Shown piece by piece: positions 9,191 to 17,227 of a DNA stretch of 64,000 nt. The notes beneath the pieces were generated by a model, which worked only from the letters and a program-made list of their open reading frames with translations, was not told the origin of the DNA and searched no databases. The stretch covers positions 7,023 through 71,022 of the forward strand of contig CAZFRC010000001.1 in assembly GCA_964521185.1 (NCBI GenBank), written 5' to 3'. Each line of letters starts with the position of its first letter. The stretch's first letter is position 1. The stretch comes from an uncultured Candidatus Saccharibacteria bacterium (GTDB taxonomy: Bacteria; Patescibacteriota; Minisyncoccia; Phycocordibacterales; UBA12088). A program made the translations under genes and the position numbers.

Positions 9191-10264
9191 ATGATAAAAA
9201 ATGGCCTACGGACTACCCCAAATATGCCCGGTCAGAAACTTTCTTTTAAACCAAAGATAGTGAGTAGACGCCTCCTTGAGGTGCTTCCAGAGCGTGCACG
9301 GACCATCCTTGAGGGACGGTATGGTCTTGGAAATTCAGTGCAACACGAGACGCTTGAATCAATTGGCTCTGCATACGGAATCACTCGCGAACGAGTGCGT
9401 CAGATTGAAAATTATGCTCTGAATTCGATTCGCAAGTCCGAAGCATACAAAAAAGAGAAAGGAATATTCGATGAACTCGAAACCAGGATGCGTGAAATGG
9501 GCACAGTGGTGACTGAAGAGGAATTTTTGAATCGATTTGCAAAAGATGAAGAAACTCGCAATTTCATACACTTTCTATTGGTCTTAGGCGATGCATTCGG
9601 GCTCAAAAAAGAAGATGCTGATTTTAAACACCGATGGCATGTCGACGCTGACGTATCTGCCGCAATAGAAAAAGCGCTTCAAGCGCTGTATGACGGTTTG
9701 TCCGACGATGATTTGGTGCCTGAAGGCGAGTTTATTTCGCGATTCCTTGACCACGTGAAGCATCTCTCTGAAGAATATAAAAACGCGGAAATTATTGAAC
9801 GATGGCTTGCGTTATCGAAAAAAATCGGAAAAAACCCTCTAGGAGAATGGGGAAGAGCAAGTTCGCCAAACGTTCGTACTAAAGGCATTCGTGATTATGC
9901 GTACCTCATCATCAAACGACACGGGTCTCCGATGCATTTCCGTGAAGTTGCCGCGGCGATTGCCGAAACGTTTAAACGTCGTGCCCACGAAGCAACGACA
10001 CACAACGAACTTATTAAAGACCCTCGTTTCGTGTTGGTAGGTCGAGGGTTATATGCGCTTTCTGAATGGGGGTATGCAAGTGGCGTTGTAAAAGATGTTA
10101 TTACATCACTCTTGAAGAAATTCGGTCCGATGTCGCGTGACCAAATTATCGAACGAGTCAAGAAAGAACGGTATGTGAAGGACAACACTATTCTGGTGAA
10201 TCTCCAAGACTCAACCCGATTTCGCCGAACGTCAGAAGGGCTCTATTCTCTCGTTGATCTTTAG
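9191..10264 (+). CDS. Putative transcription factor: sigma-70 region-4-like HTH at the N-terminus plus two C-terminal HARE-HTH (RNAP delta-like) winged-helix domains
   Basis: N-term: TILEGRYGLGNSVQHETLESIGSAYGITRERVRQIENYALNSIRK is a region 4.2-type HTH. C-term: DYAYLIIKRHGSPMHFREVAAAIAETF...RFVLVGRGLYALSEWGY and VKDVITSLLKKFGPMSRDQIIERV...RFRRTSEGLYSLV fit the HARE-HTH pattern (G.PM.F.EI...I...F..VGRG.Y.L). The track ORF begins at TTG 9182; the first ATG is at 9191. Confidence 0.55.
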   Translation: MIKNGLRTTPNMPGQKLSFKPKIVSRRLLEVLPERARTILEGRYGLGNSVQHETLESIGSAYGITRERVRQIENYALNSIRKSEAYKKEKGIFDELETRMREMGTVVTEEEFLNRFAKDEETRNFIHFLLVLGDAFGLKKEDADFKHRWHVDADVSAAIEKALQALYDGLSDDDLVPEGEFISRFLDHVKHLSEEYKNAEIIERWLALSKKIGKNPLGEWGRASSPNVRTKGIRDYAYLIIKRHGSPMHFREVAAAIAETFKRRAHEATTHNELIKDPRFVLVGRGLYALSEWGYASGVVKDVITSLLKKFGPMSRDQIIERVKKERYVKDNTILVNLQDSTRFRRTSEGLYSLVDL

Positions 10265-10328
10265 TACAAGAGATCCCCTCAAACGCGTGGATTAACGCCA
10301 CGGGTTCAATGTACAATATACAGACGGC

Positions 10329-11636
10329 ATGATAGAGAAATTTCTCGATGGGTTTGGATTTAATGTTGCGTATGTGGCTGTTGCCGCATTCATTGTAACC
10401 ATTCTGGCTCTTATTCGTTTTGAGCCACAGCTGGCAGTGCAAATTTCTACCAATATCCTAGTCCCCTCAATTCCCATCTGGCTCCCTCCGATACTGTTGT
10501 TGATATTTTGGAAATTATGGATTCAATATATTCGATTACTGTTCGCCACTTCACAACAATACGCATTGCTTGAAATAAAGCTTCCAAAAGAAATTGCTAA
10601 ATCACCGAAAGGAATGGAATTGTTCATGGCTTCAATATGGTCAAGAAGCGGCGAATCCACTTTTTTAGATAGAAGCTGGTATGGCAAACAACGGATTTTT
10701 TATTCGTTTGAAATAGTATCTACCGGAGGGAAAATTCACATGTATATCATGTGCCGAAAAGCGCTTGTCGAAATCACCCAAGCACGATTGTACGCCCAAT
10801 ACCCGGATTTAAGCATTAGCGAAGTTCCTGATTACGCGCGCATGTTTGATTTCGATCATCGATCTTCTAAATTAATCGCTACTGAATATAAATTACGAAA
10901 AAACGACGTGTACCCCATTCGCACCTACGTTGATTACGGATTGGATAAAGATCCGAAAGAAGAATACAAAGTCGATCCACTGACTTCCGTGTTTGAATTG
11001 TTGGGCGAGGTAAAACCTAATGAAAATTTTTGGATTCAGATTATTTTTCGAGCTCGCAAGTCTGACCAACCAGCTCCTGGGTTATGGGCAAAAATAACAA
11101 GCAAGAAAATAAATCAATTAGAAGAAGACGCTCAGAAAACCATAAAAGACATTCTCGCAAAAGCAAAATCTACAGACGCGACCCAAGATTACAACAAACT
11201 TACTAAGGGTCAGCAGTTTGTCATCGAGTCGATAGAACGAGCCACCAGCAAACTTCAGTTTGAGGTAGGTATGCGCGCGCTCTATTTTGCTCCAAAAGAC
11301 ACGTTCAGATTTTCCATAGCTTCAGCATTGTTTACTCTCATGAACCCATTCAACACCAATGATCTTAATGAATTCATTCCTACCCGCTTCCATGCCGGAT
11401 TTGATTATCCATGGCAAGATTTTCGAGATTTTCGTTCAATCCGAGTAATGTATCGAGCGTTTAACTACTATCGTCTTCGTGCGTATTTCAACCCTCCTTA
11501 CGAACAGAGACCTTTTGTGCTTAATTCTGAAGAACTCGCCACAATATTTCATTTTCCCGGTGCAACGCTTCAAACGCCCACGTTGGAAAAAATCCAATCA
11601 CGTCGTTTTGGTGCGCCCGCGAATCTTCCGATGTAA
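10329..11636 (+). CDS. Hypothetical membrane-anchored protein (two N-terminal TM helices, ~350-aa soluble domain)
   Basis: ORF track. No recognisable catalytic motif. Sits between the HARE-HTH protein and mltG. Confidence 0.5.
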   Translation: MIEKFLDGFGFNVAYVAVAAFIVTILALIRFEPQLAVQISTNILVPSIPIWLPPILLLIFWKLWIQYIRLLFATSQQYALLEIKLPKEIAKSPKGMELFMASIWSRSGESTFLDRSWYGKQRIFYSFEIVSTGGKIHMYIMCRKALVEITQARLYAQYPDLSISEVPDYARMFDFDHRSSKLIATEYKLRKNDVYPIRTYVDYGLDKDPKEEYKVDPLTSVFELLGEVKPNENFWIQIIFRARKSDQPAPGLWAKITSKKINQLEEDAQKTIKDILAKAKSTDATQDYNKLTKGQQFVIESIERATSKLQFEVGMRALYFAPKDTFRFSIASALFTLMNPFNTNDLNEFIPTRFHAGFDYPWQDFRDFRSIRVMYRAFNYYRLRAYFNPPYEQRPFVLNSEELATIFHFPGATLQTPTLEKIQSRRFGAPANLPM

Positions 11637-11656
11637 TATATACATAAGAGAAATCT

Positions 11657-12709
11657 ATGGATCATTCAGACAGTACCGTATTGCCACGATCGCGTCGAAA
11701 CATTCTTACACGAAGCGCTTCAAAAGTGGAAACATACACTCTCCGGGTAGGTACTTTGCCTCCAGGGCGTCTCATTGGAACAGGCATAATTGTTGGCGCT
11801 TTATGCATGGGAATATTTACAAGCGCGTGGACCATAGCGGCGCCATACTCTTTTCCTGAAGGCGATATCGTTGAAATACCGGAGGGGGCCACGCTCGAAA
11901 CTGCAGCCACAATTCTTCAGGACCGTGGCGTGATCAGATCGAAATGGCTGCTGCGCGGGTTCGTGTCGATTGTTGGAGATTCGACGGGGGTTATTGCGGG
12001 GAATTATTTTTTTGACGAACCTCTTTCCGCTATTTCAGTTGCATGGCGTATCACGCGGGGAATTTTCGAACTTGATCCTGTTCGCGTTACCATTCCGGAA
12101 GGATCGACGTCTTATCAGATAGGAGCCATCATCCAAGAATTCATACCGCGCTTTAATACCGAGCGTTTTGTGGTATTGGCAAAAGGCCGGGAGGGATACC
12201 TTTTCCCCGACACGTATTTTTTATTGCCGAATGTTCGACCAGACGCGGTAATTCGCGTTATGGAGCGCGCATTTGAAGAAGAGATCGCCACGATTCAAGA
12301 TGAAATCGAAGATTTCGGCAAACCCCTGCACGACATTATTACGATGGCTTCTTTGATTGAACGTGAAGCGCGGAATTATGAAGACCGCCAGCTCATTTCG
12401 GGTATTTTATGGAAACGACTTGAAATCGGCATGCCTCTTCAAGTTGACGCGGTATTTGGATACATCAAAGAATCGGAAACATACAGTCCGTCGTTTAAAG
12501 ATCTTGAAATTGAATCAAAGTACAATACCTATAAATACAAAGGTCTTCCACCAGGACCAATTGCAAACCCAGGCCTTGAAGCTATTAAAGCCGCGGTTCA
12601 TCCGATAGAGAGCGATTATCTTTTCTATCTAACCGGTCGGGACGGAAAATTTTACTACGGAGAGACATTCAAAGAGCATGTTCGAAATAGGGTGAGGTAT
12701 CTCAATTAG
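11657..12709 (+). CDS. mltG: Endolytic murein transglycosylase MltG (YceG family)
   Basis: N-terminal TM, then ITMASLIEREARNYEDRQLISGILWKRLEIGMPLQVDA...YNTYKYKGLPPGPIANPG...YLFYLTGRDGKFYY, the characteristic YceG-like signature. Confidence 0.85.
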   Translation: MDHSDSTVLPRSRRNILTRSASKVETYTLRVGTLPPGRLIGTGIIVGALCMGIFTSAWTIAAPYSFPEGDIVEIPEGATLETAATILQDRGVIRSKWLLRGFVSIVGDSTGVIAGNYFFDEPLSAISVAWRITRGIFELDPVRVTIPEGSTSYQIGAIIQEFIPRFNTERFVVLAKGREGYLFPDTYFLLPNVRPDAVIRVMERAFEEEIATIQDEIEDFGKPLHDIITMASLIEREARNYEDRQLISGILWKRLEIGMPLQVDAVFGYIKESETYSPSFKDLEIESKYNTYKYKGLPPGPIANPGLEAIKAAVHPIESDYLFYLTGRDGKFYYGETFKEHVRNRVRYLN

Positions 12710-12810
12710 ATCAACGCTTCTCTTAAAATTTTTGATTACATAAAGACATAACGGTTGCCTCGAGTGAGGCTTCGTCTTGTCAAAAGTTTCTATACTGATA
12801 CTCTCTTCCT

Positions 12811-13884
12811 ATGAAAGTGTTTGTCGGACTCTCTGGTGGCGTAGATTCTTCTGTGTCTGCCGTATTGCTGCGGGAACAGGGCCACGAAGTTACGGGGGTG
12901 TTCATCCGTGCATGGAAACCTCCGTTTATGGAATGTTCAATCAGCGCCGACCGCGAAAGCGCGCTTCATGCAGCGGTGTCAATCGGCATACCATTTAGGG
13001 AGCTGGATCTTTCTGATCTCTACAAAAAAGAAGTGGTTGATTATATGATTGAAGAATATCGGAGCGGTCGAACTCCAAATCCCGACGTTATGTGCAATCG
13101 ACACGTTAAGTTCGGTGGTTTTTTTAAATGGGCGATGAACGAGGGAGCAGACTTTATTGCAACGGGACATTACAGTCAGATCCGGCAAGCAATATCTAGT
13201 TCCGGAAGGAATACTTTTGAATTGCATCAGAGTGCAGACCCTAACAAGGACCAGTCATATTTTTTGTGGACCCTCCGGGAAGAGCAGTTATCGAAAGTGA
13301 TGTTTCCGGTCGGCGGTTTTACAAAAGACAAGGTCCGTGAAGAAGCCCGGCGATTCGGTTTGCCTGCCGCAGAAAAGAAGGATAGCCAAGGGCTGTGTTT
13401 TTTAGGAAAATTTGACGTTAAGGAATTCCTTGTTCATTTTGTAGACGAACGTCCCGGAATCGTACAAGATCTCGATGGCAACGCCATCGGCGTTCATCGC
13501 GGGGCGATGTTTTTTACGCTTGGAGAACGGCATGGGTTTACCGTTACCAAAAAGTTGCCGAACGATGGGCCGTGGTATGTGGTCGCGAAAGACATAGACG
13601 CAAACATCATCACCGTCGCTCAAAGAAATATTGAAAAGCCTGTGGGCGCGAGCACGCATGTTATTCTCGAGCAGGTGAATTGGATCAATGGAGTTCCCGA
13701 AGCAGAGAAGAAATATCAGTGCCGATTTCGATACCGTCAGCCTCTTCGTTCTTGCGTTATTGATATTACGAACAATGAGACACGGGTGATGTTCGAAACT
13801 CCACAGGAATACGCTACTCCTGGCCAATCGCTAGTCATATACGACCATTCACGTGTCGTCGGGGGAGGATCTATCAAACAATAG
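12811..13884 (+). CDS. mnmA: tRNA-specific 2-thiouridylase MnmA
   Basis: MKVFVGLSGGVDSSVSAVLL (PP-loop SGGxDS), catalytic Cys region CNRHVKFG, 357 aa. Confidence 0.9.
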   Translation: MKVFVGLSGGVDSSVSAVLLREQGHEVTGVFIRAWKPPFMECSISADRESALHAAVSIGIPFRELDLSDLYKKEVVDYMIEEYRSGRTPNPDVMCNRHVKFGGFFKWAMNEGADFIATGHYSQIRQAISSSGRNTFELHQSADPNKDQSYFLWTLREEQLSKVMFPVGGFTKDKVREEARRFGLPAAEKKDSQGLCFLGKFDVKEFLVHFVDERPGIVQDLDGNAIGVHRGAMFFTLGERHGFTVTKKLPNDGPWYVVAKDIDANIITVAQRNIEKPVGASTHVILEQVNWINGVPEAEKKYQCRFRYRQPLRSCVIDITNNETRVMFETPQEYATPGQSLVIYDHSRVVGGGSIKQ

Positions 13885-13908
13885 CGCCTCTTACGGTATA
13901 CTAGGACC

Positions 13909-14751
13909 ATGCCTCCAGAAATAATGGTCGTTAAAGCCGATGGAACGCGCGAGACGTTCCATCCTTCGAAACTCAGGGATTCCCTTGTCCGAAGCGGTGC
14001 TGACGAAGATGTCGTTTCGACTGTAGTCGAAACTATTGAATCGAATGTGGAAGACGGAATGTCTACTGATGAAATCTATCGGACTGCGTTCCGTCTTCTT
14101 CGCGAACACGCAAGACCCGCAGCTTCTCGTTACTCGCTTCGTCGCGCATTGTTTGACCTTGGACCCACGGGATTTCCATTTGAGGTGTTTGTTGCGGAAA
14201 TTTTTCGTGGCCAAGGTTTTGTCGCGCACACCGGAGTGATGGTTCCAGGGAAATGTGTATCACACGAAGTTGATGTAGTGGCAAAAAAAGACGACCGAAC
14301 TATCGGCGCAGAACTTAAATTTCATAATCAAATCGGATTGAAAACCGACATTAAAATAGCCCTATATGTTCATGCACGGTTTGAGGATATTCGTCTTGGT
14401 CATACGGGAGGAAAGAATCCGATTACGGAAGGAATGTTGATTACAAATACAAAATTTACCAAAGCGGCCATTGATTACGGCAAATGCGTGGGGCTATCAA
14501 TGATTGGATGGAGTTATCCTCAAAAAGGGAATCTTCAGGATTTAATTGAACAAACGGGATTGCATCCGCTCACATGCCTTACCACTCTTACTAATAGTCA
14601 AAAATCGGCCCTACTCAGCCAAAAAATTGTCCTATGTAAATCTATCCAAGAATCTCCAAAAACACTTGAAAAAATGGGTATTAAGAGTAATGCGATTCAA
14701 AAAATAATTGCAGAAGCCGATATCTTGTGCGCACCCCAATCTACGAGATAG
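13909..14751 (+). CDS. ATP-cone domain fused to a restriction-endonuclease-like (Mrr-cat / PD-(D/E)XK) domain, with a C-terminal helix-hairpin-helix-like tail
   Basis: N-term IMVVKADGTRETFHPSKLRDSLVRSG...STDEIYRTAFRLL is an ATP-cone (as in NrdR/RNR). Middle FPFEVFVAEIFRGQGF...SHEVDVVAKKDDRTIGAELKFHN gives D...E-x-K residues on a restriction-endonuclease fold. C-term GIKSNAIQKIIAEA is HhH-like. Confidence 0.6.
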   Translation: MPPEIMVVKADGTRETFHPSKLRDSLVRSGADEDVVSTVVETIESNVEDGMSTDEIYRTAFRLLREHARPAASRYSLRRALFDLGPTGFPFEVFVAEIFRGQGFVAHTGVMVPGKCVSHEVDVVAKKDDRTIGAELKFHNQIGLKTDIKIALYVHARFEDIRLGHTGGKNPITEGMLITNTKFTKAAIDYGKCVGLSMIGWSYPQKGNLQDLIEQTGLHPLTCLTTLTNSQKSALLSQKIVLCKSIQESPKTLEKMGIKSNAIQKIIAEADILCAPQSTR

Positions 14752-14804
14752 AATATCCCCATTAACAGCCTAGTTAGCATGGTATGTTTACTGGAGATTC
14801 GGAT

Positions 14805-15293
14805 ATGAATAAAAAGTTGGCATCTGCATTCGTATCAGGTTGTATTATTGGCGTATTGGGAGCTTGGGTGTTTTTTTCAGAAAAAGAAATCACCACAAAG
14901 GACGATGTTGATTCCAAAAGAGAAACTCCTTCTGTTTCAAAAGAAGAGAATATTCCTTTAGTCTTTACCCCAGACGGAACTTTTTTGGTGCCCAATCAAT
15001 CCTCTGGAAATACGGTACGAATTGACCGTGTCGAATTTCCTGAAGAAGGAGGTTGGTTGGTTATCCGGGAAGATCGAAATGGTGAAATTGGCAATGCGCT
15101 TGGCGCACGTCGGTTTGGAGATGGGGTTCAAAATGGGACAGTAGAACTCTTGCGTAATACACAAGCAGGAAAAAAATATTACGCCATCATGCATCGAGAC
15201 AACGGGGATTGGAAGTTTGAACTTTCCAATGACCAGCCCTATCAAGATATATTATTAAAACGACAAACTAAGGTAGAATTCATGGCGTTTTAG
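14805..15293 (+). CDS. Hypothetical membrane-anchored extracytoplasmic protein
   Basis: ATG 14805 is preceded by GGAG at good spacing. MNKKLASAFVSGCIIGVLGAWVFF signal/anchor. ORF track 14784-15293. Confidence 0.5.
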   Translation: MNKKLASAFVSGCIIGVLGAWVFFSEKEITTKDDVDSKRETPSVSKEENIPLVFTPDGTFLVPNQSSGNTVRIDRVEFPEEGGWLVIREDRNGEIGNALGARRFGDGVQNGTVELLRNTQAGKKYYAIMHRDNGDWKFELSNDQPYQDILLKRQTKVEFMAF

Positions 15294-15374
15294 AAAAAAG
15301 AGAAGATATTATAAGTACCATGACCGTCGCCTGACAAATGTCTTGCGGCGGTCGTGTTATACTCGTTGAATACT

Positions 15375-16163
15375 ATGGCTGGAAAATTGCCTCGAAGCGC
15401 TGAATGGAATTACGGGGGTCCGAAATGGAAACTCTCCCGTTCGAAGATAGACATGTTTATGGAATGCCAACGTTGTTTTTATCTGGACAACAAGCTTGGT
15501 ATAGCTCGTCCCCGAGGTCCCTCGTTTACCCTTAATACGGCGGTTGATACTCTGCTTAAAAAAGAATTCGATACGCACCGGATCAATAAAACCCCGCATC
15601 CTCTTATGGTTGAATACGCCATCGATGCGGTGCCGTTTTTACACAATGACCTGGGGATTTGGCGAGAAAATTTTCAAGGTATCCAATATTTTCATCAACC
15701 GACCGGTCTTACAGTATCGGGAGCAATAGATGATGTCTGGGTAAATTCCAAGGGTGAACTTATTGTGGTCGATTATAAATCCACAAGCAAAGAAGAACGT
15801 CCTTCGTCAATCGACGATCTTTATCCATCATACAAGCGCCAGATGGAAGTATATCAATGGCTGTTTCGACAAAATGGATTTGTGGTACTGCCCACAAGCT
15901 ATTTCATATATGTGAATGGAAAAACTGATGCCAGCGCGTTTGAAGGAAAACTTGAATTTGATACGGTGCTTATTCCTTATGTCGGTGACGATACTTGGAT
16001 TTTGTCTACTCTAGAAGAAATTAAAAAGGTCCTCGAAACAGATGCGATTCCTCCAGTGGGGATTAGTTTTGGCGGCGGCTCATGCGATTATTGTACATAC
16101 CGAGAAGCAGCGGGCAGGGCATTGCTTCACACACACCGTGAACAAAAAACAAAAACAGAATGA
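15375..16163 (+). CDS. PD-(D/E)XK nuclease of the Cas4/RecB-nuclease-domain type with a 4-Cys Fe-S cluster motif
   Basis: Motif II GAIDDVWV. Motif III GELIVVDYKSTSK (hhDYK). QxxxY motif RQMEVYQWLF. Cysteines CQRC near the N-terminus and CDYC near the C-terminus (Cas4/AddB-like cluster ligands). The track ORF begins at GTG 15354; the first ATG is at 15375. Confidence 0.65.
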   Translation: MAGKLPRSAEWNYGGPKWKLSRSKIDMFMECQRCFYLDNKLGIARPRGPSFTLNTAVDTLLKKEFDTHRINKTPHPLMVEYAIDAVPFLHNDLGIWRENFQGIQYFHQPTGLTVSGAIDDVWVNSKGELIVVDYKSTSKEERPSSIDDLYPSYKRQMEVYQWLFRQNGFVVLPTSYFIYVNGKTDASAFEGKLEFDTVLIPYVGDDTWILSTLEEIKKVLETDAIPPVGISFGGGSCDYCTYREAAGRALLHTHREQKTKTE

Positions 16164-16410
16164 TTTTATCAATGCTGTGCTTGCAGTGGTAAAAAATATC
16201 CCAAAAGGAGAGGTGTTAACATATGGAGAAGTGGCGCGTCGAGCTGGAAATCCAAAAGCTTTTCGGGCTGTAGGCACTATATTGTCGAAAAATTACAACA
16301 CTCTTATTCCTTGCCATAGAGTAATCCGATCAGACGGTACCGTGGGTAACTACAATCGAGGCGGAGCAACAATGAAGAAGAAGATACTTACTGTCGAAGG
16401 TGCGATATAA
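16138..16410 (+). CDS. Minimal methylated-DNA-protein-cysteine methyltransferase (Ogt/MGMT) C-terminal domain protein. The active-site PCHRV is retained; the start codon is uncertain
   Basis: FINAVLAVVKNIPKGEVLTYGEVARRAGNPKAFRAVGTILSKNYNTLIPCHRVIRSDGTVGNYNRGG matches the MGMT DNA-binding/active-site domain (Cys conserved). There is no in-frame ATG after the upstream gene's stop. Candidate starts are GTG 16138 (overlapping the nuclease gene by 26 nt), GTG 16177, or ATG 16042 (120-nt overlap). Confidence 0.55.
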   Translation: MNKKQKQNDFINAVLAVVKNIPKGEVLTYGEVARRAGNPKAFRAVGTILSKNYNTLIPCHRVIRSDGTVGNYNRGGATMKKKILTVEGAI

Positions 16411-16441
16411 TATGTTCTATCTCAGGCAAGTCGATTACTAA

Positions 16442-17152
16442 ATGCACAACAATATGTCATCAACACCTCCCCACACACAAAAAATGTCTTTTGGATTAAT
16501 ATTCGCAATTCTAGTCGGAACGTTAGTTATTTTGAGCGCACTCTATGTGAGATACTGGCAGATTCCCGAAAAACCAAATGACGGCATTGCTGCGACTGTG
16601 AATGGGAAAGAAATATCTATGGAGACTCTTGACCAGTATGTACGAGAAGCCTCTTCAGAACTCATTGACGAAGGGATTGATCCAAAAACTTCCGAGGGTC
16701 TTCAAGAAGCACGAAAAAAAGTGCTTCAAGAGCTCATCGATCATACATTGCTTTTAGAGTTTTCGACAAAGACACAGAAACCTATCCCGGATACGATCGT
16801 TGAAAATACATACCAGGAAGCTGTTGCTTCTTATGGTGGAGAAACAGAAGCCATTCGAATTTTGGCCGAGAAAGGAGTCACGCTTGAAATGCTTCGTGCG
16901 CGTCTAAAAGATCAACTTACCATAGCCCAATATCTTTCATCAGAAATACCCGAACAAAATTACCGAGCCACCGACGAGGAGTTAGGGGCGTTTTACGCAA
17001 CGTATGTTGTTTCTGTGGTTACCAATCCTCCTCCGTTTGAAAATCTTGCGGAATCCATCAGAGTTCAGGTTGAACAGGAAAAATTTGCGGCACTTTATAA
17101 ATCGTATGTGCGTCAACTTCGTGAATCTGCTTCAATAGACATCCGAATATAA
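16442..17152 (+). CDS. Membrane-anchored SurA-N/PpiD-like chaperone domain protein
   Basis: N-terminal TM (FGLIFAILVGTLVILSALYV), then ATVNGKEISMETLDQYVREASSELIDEG...LIDHTLLLEF resembling the SurA N-terminal chaperone domain. No PPIase motif seen. Confidence 0.45.
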   Translation: MHNNMSSTPPHTQKMSFGLIFAILVGTLVILSALYVRYWQIPEKPNDGIAATVNGKEISMETLDQYVREASSELIDEGIDPKTSEGLQEARKKVLQELIDHTLLLEFSTKTQKPIPDTIVENTYQEAVASYGGETEAIRILAEKGVTLEMLRARLKDQLTIAQYLSSEIPEQNYRATDEELGAFYATYVVSVVTNPPPFENLAESIRVQVEQEKFAALYKSYVRQLRESASIDIRI

Positions 17153-17227
17153 TCCGCTTTTCTTTCTATCTGCGACTGCCACAATGCATTTTGTAGAGAA
17201 AAGCGCCTCGTGATAGTGTGTTCTTCT

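Noticed and set aside
12710-12810. Hairpin GCCTCG-AG-TGAGGC after mltG and a TTGTCA/TATACT pair before mnmA
   Set aside because: The hairpin is short and lacks a U-tract. The hexamer spacing (8 nt) is incompatible with a sigma-70 promoter. Recorded as unremarkable intergenic sequence.
16042-16137. ATG 16042 as the start of the Ogt-like gene
   Set aside because: It would create a 120-nt overlap with the Cas4-like gene and add ~40 residues with no similarity to MGMT. GTG 16138 or 16177 are more parsimonious. It is kept only as a frameshift-fusion possibility in the findings.
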